Below are positions 13,926-23,113 of a stretch of DNA of 32,000 bases, in pieces. The stretch's first letter is position 1, and each line of letters begins with the position of its first letter. The stretch is from Delftia acidovorans NBRC 14950 (GTDB lineage Bacteria; Pseudomonadota; Gammaproteobacteria; Burkholderiales; Burkholderiaceae_C). Position numbers and translations under genes: made by a program. The DNA lies in contig NZ_BCZP01000019.1 in the NCBI RefSeq assembly GCF_001598795.1, positions 30,001 through 62,000 of the forward strand, written 5' to 3'. Below the pieces are notes generated by a model. That model saw nothing but the letters and a program-made list of their open reading frames with translations, did no database searches and was not told the DNA's origin.

Positions 13926-14398
13926 AGATGGCCAAGCCCAGCGAACGCGACATCGACGCGGCCGGGGAACTGCTCTCCCTGATGAACGACCTCTCCAGCG
14001 GGTACTGCCCGTGGGATGGGGACGAGGACGCCACCTACTTCGATCCTGATGACCGCCAGCACCTGCGCCGTCTCTACGACACTCTCGACAGCCTCCTGGA
14101 TCGCGCGCCAGGCTTCACTAACCGCGTGATCGGCGGCATGTGCTACGTGATCTGCTGGGACCGCAATGAGATCCTGGACCCGGCGGACGATTGCCTGTCT
14201 CTGCACCCTGACCTGCTGGCCGGGCTGCGCCTGCTGCAGGCCCAGCGCGCGGACTTCCTGCCGCGCTTGGAACGCGAGGCGCGCGCGGCCGTGGCCAGCA
14301 CCATCGATGCGGCGGCCACGCGACACCTGGCCGAAATGCGGCTGTCCTCCGACGTTGCGGCGATCCGGCGCACCACGCCCAACTGCTGGCTGCCATAG
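13922..14398 (+). CDS. Hypothetical protein (158 aa)
   Basis: ATGA overlap. In frame with ORF 13868..14398. Confidence 0.55.
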   Translation: MKMAKPSERDIDAAGELLSLMNDLSSGYCPWDGDEDATYFDPDDRQHLRRLYDTLDSLLDRAPGFTNRVIGGMCYVICWDRNEILDPADDCLSLHPDLLAGLRLLQAQRADFLPRLEREARAAVASTIDAAATRHLAEMRLSSDVAAIRRTTPNCWLP

Positions 14399-14463
14399 CG
14401 CTGCCGCAAACACCCGTCACCCAGCCCCGCCCTTGAGCGGGGCTTCTCACTTCTGGGCCTGCA

Positions 14464-14706
14464 ATGAACATCAACCAGCTCACCACCTTCTACGGGGTTC
14501 CGGTATTCCAGACTCCATATGCAGAGACCGTTCATGTGTCCTGGGAGTTGCGCCGGCACCCAATCGCCAAGCGCCGCCGACGCTGGGCCGCAGTCCGCGT
14601 GGAAAGCAGCTCGCCTGCTTGCTTCCGAACCCCACAAGGACTGTTTATGCATCCGGCCATGTTCGCTCGGCTGCGCGAGCACTTCGGGGGGTACACACCG
14701 CCATGA
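14464..14706 (+). CDS. Hypothetical protein (80 aa)
   Basis: ORF track. Follows hairpin AGCCCCGC-CCTTGA-GCGGGGCT (14423-14444). Confidence 0.5.
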   Translation: MNINQLTTFYGVPVFQTPYAETVHVSWELRRHPIAKRRRRWAAVRVESSSPACFRTPQGLFMHPAMFARLREHFGGYTPP

Positions 14707-14918
14707 CAACAGCCACCAACGCATGGGAGGCCGCTGACAAGGCCTACCAGGCTCATCACTTCGCGTGCCCCCAGTGTTGCACAGCTGGCGTCCTGCCTGG
14801 GCGGCAGGAGCGTTGCCATGCTGGGCAGGCGCTCTGGAGCCAATACCTCAATGCCGGTACGCCGCCGCACTTCACCTGGATAAATCAACCCAGAGTGCGC
14901 GGAAAGAACCCGTTTTGA
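14703..14918 (+). CDS. Small Cys-rich hypothetical protein (71 aa)
   Basis: ATGA overlap. In frame with ORF 14166..14918. Contains CPQCC...C. Confidence 0.45.
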   Translation: MTTATNAWEAADKAYQAHHFACPQCCTAGVLPGRQERCHAGQALWSQYLNAGTPPHFTWINQPRVRGKNPF

Positions 14919-14939
14919 GTTCCAAATTCGGTGGATTAC

Positions 14940-15188
14940 ATGAAACACACAGTTACAGAACCTGGCGCCCCAGGAAATACCGTGCCATCCCAGGGCGCGG
15001 ATTGGGTGCTTGCCACGAAATACAAGGAAATGACTGGCATCACGCCCATGACCATCCATAACCGCCGTCGCGCCGGCATTTGGCTGGATGGCACGCACTG
15101 CGGCGTCGTGGGCAGACACCTCTATGTAAACGTAAAGGAAGCAGATCAGTGGATAAAAAACCAGCTCCATCAACTCCGGCGGGCGTGA
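14940..15188 (+). CDS. xis: Excisionase-like protein (82 aa)
   Basis: GGTGGA RBS lies 5 nt before the ATG. WVLATKYKEMTGITPMTIHNRRRAGIWLDG...YVNVKEADQWI resembles lambdoid excisionase-like proteins. Sits immediately upstream of int. Confidence 0.7.
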   Translation: MKHTVTEPGAPGNTVPSQGADWVLATKYKEMTGITPMTIHNRRRAGIWLDGTHCGVVGRHLYVNVKEADQWIKNQLHQLRRA

Positions 15189-16324
15189 CAGTCCGGGAAA
15201 TGGCCACGGGCGCTCGAATTCAGATCGCGTTCTCGTGGCACGGGCAGCAATGCCGGGAGCTCCTGCCTCCTGGGCCGGTCAACAAGGGCAGCATCCAGTA
15301 CGCAGCGAACCTGCGCGCTGAGATTCGGCGCAAGATCACAGATGGCACGTTTGTGTACGCTGAATACTTCCCGGCCAGCGCGAAGGCCCGAGCGCCAGAT
15401 CCGCTTTCCTGCCTGATGGAAGAGATGTTGGTGAAGCAATTGGAGCTGTACCGCAGGCAGGTCGAGAACGAGAAGATGTCGCCGGCCACATTCCGTGGCT
15501 ACGAAAAAAGCATCAGCGGGGAGCGCATGCGGCGATGGCATGGCCTCAAGCTCCATGAAGTCACGCCTTCCGCCCTCCGGGAGTGGATCAGCGGGATGGA
15601 ATGCACCAGCAAGGCTATCCGCAATATGCTGATTCCATTGCGCAGCGTGTTTGAAGATGCGCTGAACGACGGACTCATCGAGTTCAATCCCTTCGACCGG
15701 CTCGCGCTCACCAAGCTCATCCGCCAGACCAGCCGGGCCAGCGACTATGTGATCCAGCCCTTCACTCAGGCGGAGCGGGAGCAGATCCTGCTGGCGTGCA
15801 GAGACGATGAGCGGCCGATGGTTCAGTTCTGGTTCAACACGGGTCTGAGGCCGGGCGAACTGCAGGCCCTCGAATGGAGACACATAGACTGGGAGAAGGC
15901 AACGGCCCGGATCGAGCAAAACCAGGTCGTGGGTGTGCTCAAGGCACCAAAGACGGCCGCAGGCATCCGCAGCGTGGACCTGAACTTCGAGGCCATGGAG
16001 GCCCTGCGAACACAGAAGGCCTACAGCATGCTCCGCGGCGCACGGGTTTGGCTCAACCCTCGGACGCTCGAGCCGTGGACAACTGATGCCCAGGTGCGCA
16101 AGACCGCATGGATGCCCATCATGCAGCGTTCCGGCATCTCATACCGGAACCCCTATCAGGTGCGGCATACCTACGCTTCTTCGATCCTGACCGCCGGCGC
16201 CAACCCGTGGTATGTCGCCCAGCAACTGGGCCACGAAGATGTGGAGATGGTCTTTCGCACCTACGGGAAGTTCATCCGCGAGGACTACCAGAAGCCCCGG
16301 GCCACGCTCCAAGCGGTGAACTGA
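15185..16324 (+). CDS. int: Lambda-type tyrosine integrase with N-terminal arm-binding domain
   Basis: IQIAFSWHGQQCRELL...YAANLRAEIRRKITDGTFVYAEYFPAS resembles the arm-binding DUF3596-like domain. C-terminal RHTYAS...LGH...TY catalytic motifs. GTG 15185 overlaps the xis stop; alternative ATG at 15200. Confidence 0.9.
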   Translation: MTVREMATGARIQIAFSWHGQQCRELLPPGPVNKGSIQYAANLRAEIRRKITDGTFVYAEYFPASAKARAPDPLSCLMEEMLVKQLELYRRQVENEKMSPATFRGYEKSISGERMRRWHGLKLHEVTPSALREWISGMECTSKAIRNMLIPLRSVFEDALNDGLIEFNPFDRLALTKLIRQTSRASDYVIQPFTQAEREQILLACRDDERPMVQFWFNTGLRPGELQALEWRHIDWEKATARIEQNQVVGVLKAPKTAAGIRSVDLNFEAMEALRTQKAYSMLRGARVWLNPRTLEPWTTDAQVRKTAWMPIMQRSGISYRNPYQVRHTYASSILTAGANPWYVAQQLGHEDVEMVFRTYGKFIREDYQKPRATLQAVN

Positions 16325-16328
16325 GCCC

Positions 16329-16361
16329 GTGTGAATCCGGTGTGATTCCGGTGTGAATTTC
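16329..16361 (+). repeat. Three tandem 11-bp repeats (candidate integrase arm-type sites)
   Basis: GTGTGAATCCG / GTGTGATTCCG / GTGTGAATTTC, directly after the int stop. Confidence 0.7.
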
Positions 16362-16390
16362 AGGGCAACACAGGGCAACGAGCGGGCAAG
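16361..16390 (+). repeat. Three tandem 10-bp repeats (candidate Xis/Int/accessory sites)
   Basis: CAGGGCAACA / CAGGGCAACG / AGCGGGCAAG. Confidence 0.6.
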
Positions 16391-16394
16391 AAAA

Positions 16395-16434
16395 AACGCC
16401 ACACATCGGGTTCTCCGTTGTGTGGCGTTGTTTT
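16395..16434 (-). terminator. Intrinsic terminator of ssrA (bidirectional hairpin, also closes int)
   Basis: AACGCCACACA / TGTGTGGCGTT 11-bp stem. T-run on the plus strand (GTTTT) and TTTTTT on the minus strand. Confidence 0.75.
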
Positions 16435-16437
16435 GGA

Positions 16438-16816
16438 TGGTGGAGCTGGCGGGAATTGAACCCGCGTCCGCAAGCCTTCGCCGGGCAGATCTACATGTTT
16501 AGCGTTCTGTTTTGAGTCTCGCCTCCCAAGTCGCGCAGGCGCACGCTACCCGGGATGCCAGCTTCCTTGGATCTTGCCACGTACTAAGAAGCCCAGCACG
16601 CAGCCAGCTGATGTAAATTCCCTTGCAGCCGGGAGGTATTGCTACCCCCTTGCCCAGCCCATCAGCGTGCTGTTGCAAGGCTCACCGGATTTAAGCGGCG
16701 AGTGCGAAACGTTCGTCGTTTGCAGTTAGTTTTTTGAATGGAGATTTACGAGCGTCACTCAAGCTCGACATGCACCACACCGGTCCCGAACCCACGTCGA
16801 AACCAGGACAGCCCCA
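16438..16816 (-). ncRNA. ssrA: tmRNA (SsrA), tag peptide ANDERFALAA
   Basis: Minus-strand 5' end is GGGGCTGTCCTGGTTTCGACGTGGG. The 3' end is GCGGGTTCAATTCCCGCCAGCTCCACCA. The tag reading frame GCA AAC GAC GAA CGT TTC GCA CTC GCC GCT TAA is at 16723..16691. Confidence 0.95.
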
Positions 16817-16824
16817 AGGCTCCT

Positions 16825-16851
16825 ATCTTAGCCTCTTTCCAGCAGTTTCAA
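16825..16851 (-). promoter_or_regulatory. Candidate ssrA promoter
   Basis: Minus strand TTGAAA (16851..16846), 15-nt spacer, TAAGAT (16830..16825), about 9 nt before the mature 5' end. The -10 overlaps the upstream gene's stop codon. Confidence 0.45.
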
Positions 16852-17502
16852 GAGCTCCAGCGGAGAATAGATTTGCGCATCCGCCTGCCACTGCAGCGTA
16901 TCGCCCGCTGCACCAAGGTAGCCGTAGCAGGCCGCCACGGTCTTCATGCCTGCGGCCTTGCCTGCAACGATGTCGCGCTCATCATCACCCACATAGACAA
17001 AACACTGCGGGGGCAGGCCGATACGCGCGGCAGCTTCCAGCAACGGCGCTGGATGGGGCTTTGCGTGGGGCGTGGTATCACCGCTGACGATGGCACCAGC
17101 GCTCGCGAAAAGCGGCATCTGCTGCGTCAGCGGATCGGTGAAACGCATGGATTTGTTGGTGACCACACCCCAGGGCATGGATGCCGCCTGGAGCTGTGCA
17201 ATGAGCTCCGGGACACCATCGAACGCATAGGTGCGCTCGGTCATGCACTGCTCGTAGTTGCGGAAAAACTCCTCGCGCATCTCCGGAAACTCCGGCGAGT
17301 CAGGCGTGAGCCCGAAGCCCACCCCCAGCATCCCCCGTGCCCCGGCGCCCGCCATGGGCCGATACCGCTCATAGGGAAGCGACTGCAGGCCACGGTCAAT
17401 GCGCATCCTGTCTGCGGCCGCACCCAGGTCGGGTGCACTGTCGATCAAGGTGCCGTCCAGGTCAAACAGAACAGCTCGGACTTCTTGCCACATGCGGCTC
17501 AC
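16828..17502 (-). CDS. HAD-family phosphatase (phosphoglycolate phosphatase Gph / MupP-like)
   Basis: Contains [10 protein letters not shown] and GDD..D HAD motifs. 4-nt overlap with ubiG, a conserved ubiG-HAD phosphatase pairing. Confidence 0.8.
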   Translation of the reverse strand: MSRMWQEVRAVLFDLDGTLIDSAPDLGAAADRMRIDRGLQSLPYERYRPMAGAGARGMLGVGFGLTPDSPEFPEMREEFFRNYEQCMTERTYAFDGVPELIAQLQAASMPWGVVTNKSMRFTDPLTQQMPLFASAGAIVSGDTTPHAKPHPAPLLEAAARIGLPPQCFVYVGDDERDIVAGKAAGMKTVAACYGYLGAAGDTLQWQADAQIYSPLELLKLLERG

Positions 17503-18221
17503 CCTTCTGCCCGGCGCGTTGCCAGCATGTAGTTCACCGATGTGTCCGCGCTGAGCCAGTAGCGCCCGGTGATGGGGTTGTGCTGCAGGCCCTTGCTGGC
17601 CTGCAGGTCAAGGCCAGCCTGACGGGCAAACATGGCGAGTTCGCTGGGCTGGATCAGCTTGGCGTACTCATGCGTCCCCTTGGGAATCATCTTGAGCAGG
17701 TACTCCGCCGCCACAATGGCCAGACCAAAGGCCTTGGCACTGCGGTTGATCGTGGAGAAGAACACCCAGCCCCCAGGCTTGACCAGCTCGGCGCAGGCCG
17801 CGACCACGGAAGCGGGATCGGGCACATGCTCGAGCATCTCCATGCAGGTCACCACGTCAAAGGAGCCCGGCTGCTCCTCGGCCAGACGTTCCACGCTGAC
17901 TTCGTGGTAGTGGATGTTCGGAGTACCCGTCTCCAGCGCATGCAACTGGGCCACGCGCAATGCCTTGGTGGCCAGGTCGATGCCCACCACCTCTCTCGCC
18001 CCCTTGCGGGCCATGGAATCGGCGAGGATGCCGCCACCGCAGCCGACATCAAGGACCCTGCGGCCCTTCAAGGGAGCTTGCGCATCAATCCAGTCCAGGC
18101 GCAACGGATTGATCTGATGCAAAGGTTTGAACTCACTTTCCGGGTCCCACCAGCGATGGGCCAGGCTGGAGAATTTCTCCAGCTCCGCCGGGTCGGCATT
18201 GACGTTGATTGCGTTGCTCAT
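17499..18221 (-). CDS. ubiG: Ubiquinone biosynthesis O-methyltransferase
   Basis: [11 protein letters not shown]...[12 protein letters not shown], the SAM motif [12 protein letters not shown], and MLEHVPDP. Confidence 0.92.
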   Translation of the reverse strand: MSNAINVNADPAELEKFSSLAHRWWDPESEFKPLHQINPLRLDWIDAQAPLKGRRVLDVGCGGGILADSMARKGAREVVGIDLATKALRVAQLHALETGTPNIHYHEVSVERLAEEQPGSFDVVTCMEMLEHVPDPASVVAACAELVKPGGWVFFSTINRSAKAFGLAIVAAEYLLKMIPKGTHEYAKLIQPSELAMFARQAGLDLQASKGLQHNPITGRYWLSADTSVNYMLATRRAEG

Positions 18222-18260
18222 GGCTCGATTGTCGGTGATTGCGACGACCGTTCGGCCATA

Positions 18261-18287
18261 AAAAAAGCCCCGTTGCCGGGGCTTTTG
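18261..18287 (-). terminator. Intrinsic terminator after the OmpA-family gene
   Basis: Minus strand GCCCCG-GCAA-CGGGGC followed by TTTTTTT. Confidence 0.7.
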
Positions 18288-18305
18288 CGGGAAGCAATCG
18301 AAAGA

Positions 18306-18965
18306 TTACTGAGCGGCGCGGGTGCCGACCACTTCGATTTCCACGCGACGGTTCTTTGCGCGGCCTTCCTTGGTCTTGTTGTCGGCGATGGGCTGCTTTT
18401 CGCCCTTGCCTTCAGTGTAGACGCGGTTCTTTTCGATGCCCTTGGACACCAGGTAAGCCTTCACAGCTTCAGCGCGGCGAACCGACAGCTTCTGGTTGTA
18501 GGCGTCAGAGCCAACGGAGTCGGTGTGACCGACGGCGATGACCACTTCCAGGTTGATGCCCTTGACCTTGGAGGCCAGGTCATCCAGCTTGGCCTTGCCT
18601 TCGGGCTTCAGAACCGACTTGTCGAAGTCGAAGAAAGCGTCAGCAGAGAAGGTCACCTTGGAAGCCACGGCCGGAGCGGGAGCCGGTGCCGGAGCGGGAG
18701 CTGCCGGAGCGGGCGTTGCGGCAGGAGCCACAGCGGCTGCCACAGGCTTCAGGGCACCGTCGCAGTCAGCTGCTGCAGTGGCGGGCGTCCAGTTGGCATC
18801 GCGCCAGCACAGTTCGTTCGTGCCGTTCTTCCACACCAGTTCGCTGGTGCCGTTTTGCCAGTTGTCGATGGTCTTGCCACCGTCAGCAGCCTTCACTTGT
18901 GCGCCAGCAGCCGTTGCGAGGGCGGCAGAGGCAAACAACATCGCCACTTTGTTCAGTTTCTTCAT
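18306..18965 (-). CDS. OmpA-family outer-membrane / peptidoglycan-associated protein (219 aa)
   Basis: Signal peptide, Ala/Pro-rich linker, and an OmpA_C domain (GHTDSVGSDAYNQKLSVRRAEAV...NRRVEIEV). Confidence 0.88.
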   Translation of the reverse strand: MKKLNKVAMLFASAALATAAGAQVKAADGGKTIDNWQNGTSELVWKNGTNELCWRDANWTPATAAADCDGALKPVAAAVAPAATPAPAAPAPAPAPAPAVASKVTFSADAFFDFDKSVLKPEGKAKLDDLASKVKGINLEVVIAVGHTDSVGSDAYNQKLSVRRAEAVKAYLVSKGIEKNRVYTEGKGEKQPIADNKTKEGRAKNRRVEIEVVGTRAAQ

Positions 18966-19194
18966 GGTTCTCCTCTTGGGGAAAAAGCCGCAGCAGGGCT
19001 GCGAATCTGTGGACGTTATCAGTGACCATCACCAAAAACGTTGAATTGATTGTGCCATACGTCACAAGCAGACGGACCGCCAAGCGGGCGCCAACAAGTA
19101 GGACAGCGGCGGAATTCCAGGGTTATGTTGCTCGGCTGCTACACGTCATTCGACCTAAAATGGGCCTTTTCCCGCCGTCAGAGTATCGCCACAC

Positions 19195-21861
19195 ATGACC
19201 CAGTTTGCTAAAGAAACCCTGCCCATCAGCCTCGAAGAGGAGATGCGTCGCAGCTATCTCGATTACGCAATGAGCGTGATCGTGGGCCGGGCGCTGCCCG
19301 ATGCGCGAGATGGTCTCAAGCCTGTGCATCGGCGCGTGCTGTTCGCCATGCACGAGCTCAACAACGACTGGAACCGGCCGTACAAGAAGTCGGCGCGTAT
19401 CGTCGGCGACGTGATCGGTAAGTACCACCCGCACGGAGACAGCGCGGTGTACGACACCATCGTGCGCATGGCACAGGACTTCTCGCTGCGCCACATGCTG
19501 GTCGACGGGCAGGGCAACTTCGGTTCGGTGGACGGGGACAGCGCGGCGGCGATGCGTTACACCGAAATCCGCCTGTCCAAGATCTCCCACGAGATGCTGG
19601 GCGACATCGACAAGGAGACGGTGGACTACGGCCCGAACTACGACGGCAGCGAGCGCGAGCCGCTGGTGCTGCCTGCGCGGCTGCCCAACCTGCTGGTCAA
19701 TGGTTCCTCGGGCATTGCCGTGGGCATGGCCACCAACATTCCTCCGCACAACCTCAACGAGGTGGTGGATGCCTGCCTGCACCTGCTGCAGACGCCTCAG
19801 GCCACCATCGACGAGCTGATGGAGATCATTCCCGCGCCTGACTTCCCCACGGCCGGCATCATCTATGGCATCAACGGTGTCAAGGAAGGCTACCGCACGG
19901 GTCGCGGACGCGTGGTGATGCGCGCCAAGTGCCACTTCGAGGACATCGATCGCGGCCAGCGCCAGGCCATCATCGTTGACGAGCTGCCCTACCAGGTCAA
20001 CAAGAAGACGCTGCAGGAGCGCATGGCCGAGCTGGTGCACGAGAAGAAGATTGAAGGCATCAGCCACATCCAGGACGAGTCCGACAAGTCGGGCATGCGC
20101 CTGGTGATCGAGCTCAAGCGCGGCGAAGTGCCCGAGGTCGTGCTCAACAACCTGTACAAGCTGACCCAGCTGCAAGACACCTTCGGCATGAACATGGTGG
20201 CGCTGGTCGATGGCCAGCCCAAGCTGTGCAACCTGAAGGATCTGGTCGAGGTCTTCCTGCAGCACCGCCGCGAAGTGGTCACGCGCCGCACGGTGTATGA
20301 GCTGCGCAAGGCGCGCGAGCGTGGCCATGTGCTGGAAGGCCTGGCGGTCGCGCTGGCCAATATCGACGACTTCATCGCCATCATCCGCAACGCGCCGACG
20401 CCGCCTGTGGCCAAGGCCGAGCTGATGACGCGCAACTGGGACAGCAAGCTGGTGCGCGAGATGCTGACGCGCACCCGCACCGATGGCGGCGTGGTCAACG
20501 CCGACGACTACCGCCCCGACGGGCTGGAGCGCGAATTCGGCATGCAGGCCGATGGCCTGTACCGCCTGTCCGAAACCCAGGCCCAGGAAATCCTGCAGAT
20601 GCGCCTGCAGCGACTGACCGGCCTGGAGCAAGACAAGATCGTCGCCGAGTACAAGGACGTGATGTCCGTCATCGAGGACCTGCTGGACATCCTGTCCAAG
20701 CCCGAGCGCGTGTCGGCCATCATTGGCGACGAGCTCAAGCAGATCAAGGCCGAGTTCGGCCAGAGCAAGGTCGGCGCCCGCCGCAGCACGGTCGAGTACA
20801 GCGCGCAGGACCTGTCCACCGAGGACCTGATCACGCCCACCGACATGGTGGTCACGCTTAGCCACACGGGCTACATCAAGAGCCAGCCGCTGTCCGAGTA
20901 CCGCTCGCAAAAGCGCGGCGGACGCGGCAAGCAGGCCACGGCCACCAAGGAAGACGACTGGATCGACCAGCTGTTCATCGCCAACACGCACGACTACCTG
21001 CTGTGCTTCTCCAACCGCGGCCGCCTGTACTGGCTGAAGGTCTGGGAAGTGCCTGCAGGTTCGCGCGGCTCGCGCGGACGCCCCATCGTCAACATGTTCC
21101 CGCTGCAGGATGGCGAGAAGATCAACGTGGTGCTGCCGCTGACGGGCGAGTACCGCAGCTTCCCGGCCGACCACTATGTGTTCATGTCCACCAGCATGGG
21201 CACCGTGAAGAAGACGGCGCTGGACGAGTTCTCCAACCCGCGCAAGGCCGGCATCATCGCCGTGGGCCTGGACGAGGGCGACTTCCTGATCGGCGCAGCC
21301 CTCACCGACGGCAAGCATGACGTGATGCTGTTCAGCGACGGCGGCAAGGCCGTGCGCTTCGACGAAAACGACGTGCGCCCCATGGGCCGCAACGCGCGTG
21401 GCGTCAAGGGCATGAACCTGGAAGAAGGCCAGAGCGTGATCGCCATGCTGGTGGCCGAAGACGAGTCGCAAAGCGTGCTCACGGCCACCGAGAACGGCTA
21501 CGGCAAGCGCACCTCCATCGTGGAGTACACGCGCCATGGCCGCGGCACCAAGGGCATGATTGCCATCCAGCAGTCCGAGCGCAACGGCAAGGTCGTCGCC
21601 GCCACCCTGGTGCATGCCGATGACGAAATCATGCTGATCACCGACACTGGCGTGCTGGTGCGTACCCGGGTCTCGGAAATCCGCGAACTGGGCCGCGCCA
21701 CCCAGGGCGTGACGCTGATCTCCCTGGACGAAGGCGCCAAGCTCGGCGGCCTGCAGCGCATCGTTGAAAACGATGCCAACGAAGTCGAGGACGAGGCCAC
21801 GGGCGAGGAGGCCACGGGAGGCGACGAAGCCGCTGCCGAAGGCACGGGCGAGCCCGCCTGA
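19195..21861 (+). CDS. gyrA: DNA gyrase subunit A
   Basis: Canonical N-terminus and the [21 protein letters not shown]. 888 aa with an acidic C-terminal tail. Confidence 0.97.
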   Translation: MTQFAKETLPISLEEEMRRSYLDYAMSVIVGRALPDARDGLKPVHRRVLFAMHELNNDWNRPYKKSARIVGDVIGKYHPHGDSAVYDTIVRMAQDFSLRHMLVDGQGNFGSVDGDSAAAMRYTEIRLSKISHEMLGDIDKETVDYGPNYDGSEREPLVLPARLPNLLVNGSSGIAVGMATNIPPHNLNEVVDACLHLLQTPQATIDELMEIIPAPDFPTAGIIYGINGVKEGYRTGRGRVVMRAKCHFEDIDRGQRQAIIVDELPYQVNKKTLQERMAELVHEKKIEGISHIQDESDKSGMRLVIELKRGEVPEVVLNNLYKLTQLQDTFGMNMVALVDGQPKLCNLKDLVEVFLQHRREVVTRRTVYELRKARERGHVLEGLAVALANIDDFIAIIRNAPTPPVAKAELMTRNWDSKLVREMLTRTRTDGGVVNADDYRPDGLEREFGMQADGLYRLSETQAQEILQMRLQRLTGLEQDKIVAEYKDVMSVIEDLLDILSKPERVSAIIGDELKQIKAEFGQSKVGARRSTVEYSAQDLSTEDLITPTDMVVTLSHTGYIKSQPLSEYRSQKRGGRGKQATATKEDDWIDQLFIANTHDYLLCFSNRGRLYWLKVWEVPAGSRGSRGRPIVNMFPLQDGEKINVVLPLTGEYRSFPADHYVFMSTSMGTVKKTALDEFSNPRKAGIIAVGLDEGDFLIGAALTDGKHDVMLFSDGGKAVRFDENDVRPMGRNARGVKGMNLEEGQSVIAMLVAEDESQSVLTATENGYGKRTSIVEYTRHGRGTKGMIAIQQSERNGKVVAATLVHADDEIMLITDTGVLVRTRVSEIRELGRATQGVTLISLDEGAKLGGLQRIVENDANEVEDEATGEEATGGDEAAAEGTGEPA

Positions 21862-21984
21862 TGACCCAGCCGCCGCTGGGACTGCCTCCCGCACCGGGAG
21901 CACAGCCCCAGCGGCGGCCCAGATTTTTGACAGTTGCAGGCACCGCCCGAACTGGCGCCTGCGCGTGACTTGACAGTGAACTCC

Positions 21985-23094
21985 ATGAACCGCCCTTACA
22001 ACTTCTCCGCCGGCCCCGCCGCCATTCCCGCCGAAGTGCTGCAGCAGGCAGCCGCCGAAATGCTCGACTGGCACGGGTCCGGCATGAGCGTGATGGAGAT
22101 GAGCCACCGCGGCAAGGAGTTCATCTCCATCTATGAACAGGCCGAGGCCGACCTGCGCGAGCTGCTGGCCGTGCCGCCCGAGTTCAAGATCCTGTTCATG
22201 CAGGGCGGTGGCCTGGCCGAGAACGCCATCGTTCCCCTGAACCTGTCGCGCGCAGGCACGGTGGACTTCGTGCTCAGCGGCAGCTGGAGCCAGAAGTCGG
22301 CCAAGGAAGCACGCAAGTACGTGGCCGACGCGCACATCGCGGCCAGCGGCGAGGACGGCAAGTTCACCGCCCTGCCCGCCCCCGAGAGCTGGCAACTGAG
22401 CCGCGGCGCCAGCTACGTGCACATCTGCAGCAATGAAACCATCCATGGCGTGGAGTTCCAAGAGTTGCCCGACCTGAAGGCGCTGGGCTGCGATGCTCCG
22501 CTGGTGGTTGATTTCTCCTCGCACGTGGCCTCGCGCCCCGTCGATTGGAGCCGCGTGGGCCTGGCGTTCGGCGGCGCGCAGAAGAACCTGGGCCCTGCCG
22601 GCCTGACCCTGGTCATCGTGCGCGAGGATCTGCTGGGCCACGCCCTGCCGGCCTGCCCTTCGGCCTTCGACTACAAGACCGTGGCCGACAACCAGTCGAT
22701 GTACAACACGCCTCCGACCTGGGGCATCTACATCGCGGGCCTCACATTCCAATGGATCAAGCGCCAGACCGAAGGCGGCCTGACCGGCGTGGCCGCCCTG
22801 GAGGCGCGCAACATCGCCAAGGCCGACCTCTTCTACCAGTACGTGGACCAGTCCTCGTTCTACGTGAACAAGGTCGCTGCCAATTGCCGCTCGCGCATGA
22901 ACATCCCCTTCTTCCTGCGCGACGAATCGCGCAATGACGCCTTCCTGGCCGGAGCCCGGGAACGCGGCCTGCTGCAGCTTAAGGGCCACAAGTCCGTCGG
23001 CGGCATGCGTGCCAGCATCTACAACGCCATGCCCATCGCTGGCGTGCAGGCGCTGGTGGAGTACATGCGCGAATTCGAACAGCGCAACGCCTGA
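21985..23094 (+). CDS. serC: Phosphoserine aminotransferase
   Basis: [15 protein letters not shown]...[10 protein letters not shown]. Internal ATG of ORF 21934..23094. Confidence 0.93.
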   Translation: MNRPYNFSAGPAAIPAEVLQQAAAEMLDWHGSGMSVMEMSHRGKEFISIYEQAEADLRELLAVPPEFKILFMQGGGLAENAIVPLNLSRAGTVDFVLSGSWSQKSAKEARKYVADAHIAASGEDGKFTALPAPESWQLSRGASYVHICSNETIHGVEFQELPDLKALGCDAPLVVDFSSHVASRPVDWSRVGLAFGGAQKNLGPAGLTLVIVREDLLGHALPACPSAFDYKTVADNQSMYNTPPTWGIYIAGLTFQWIKRQTEGGLTGVAALEARNIAKADLFYQYVDQSSFYVNKVAANCRSRMNIPFFLRDESRNDAFLAGARERGLLQLKGHKSVGGMRASIYNAMPIAGVQALVEYMREFEQRNA

Positions 23095-23113
23095 CCGACC
23101 CACACTCCCGCCC

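Larger units (their letters stand above)
1..16437. mobile_element. Lambdoid prophage, right-hand ~16.4 kb (left end outside window), integrated at the 3' end of ssrA
   Basis: Contiguous phage-type block (Rha, Cro-like, CI/S24 repressor with operators, H-NS-like, orphan MTase, Xis, Int). It ends directly against the tmRNA 3' end at 16438, with int adjacent to the junction. Housekeeping genes begin immediately after. Confidence 0.85.

Noticed and set aside
16329-16390. Short tandem repeats considered as a possible CRISPR-like or VNTR array
   Set aside because: The units are 10-11 bp, contiguous and without spacers, and they sit exactly where integrase arm sites are expected.
17337-19025. 562-aa plus-strand ORF
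   Set aside because: Antisense shadow of ubiG and the OmpA-family gene, both clearly recognisable on the minus strand.
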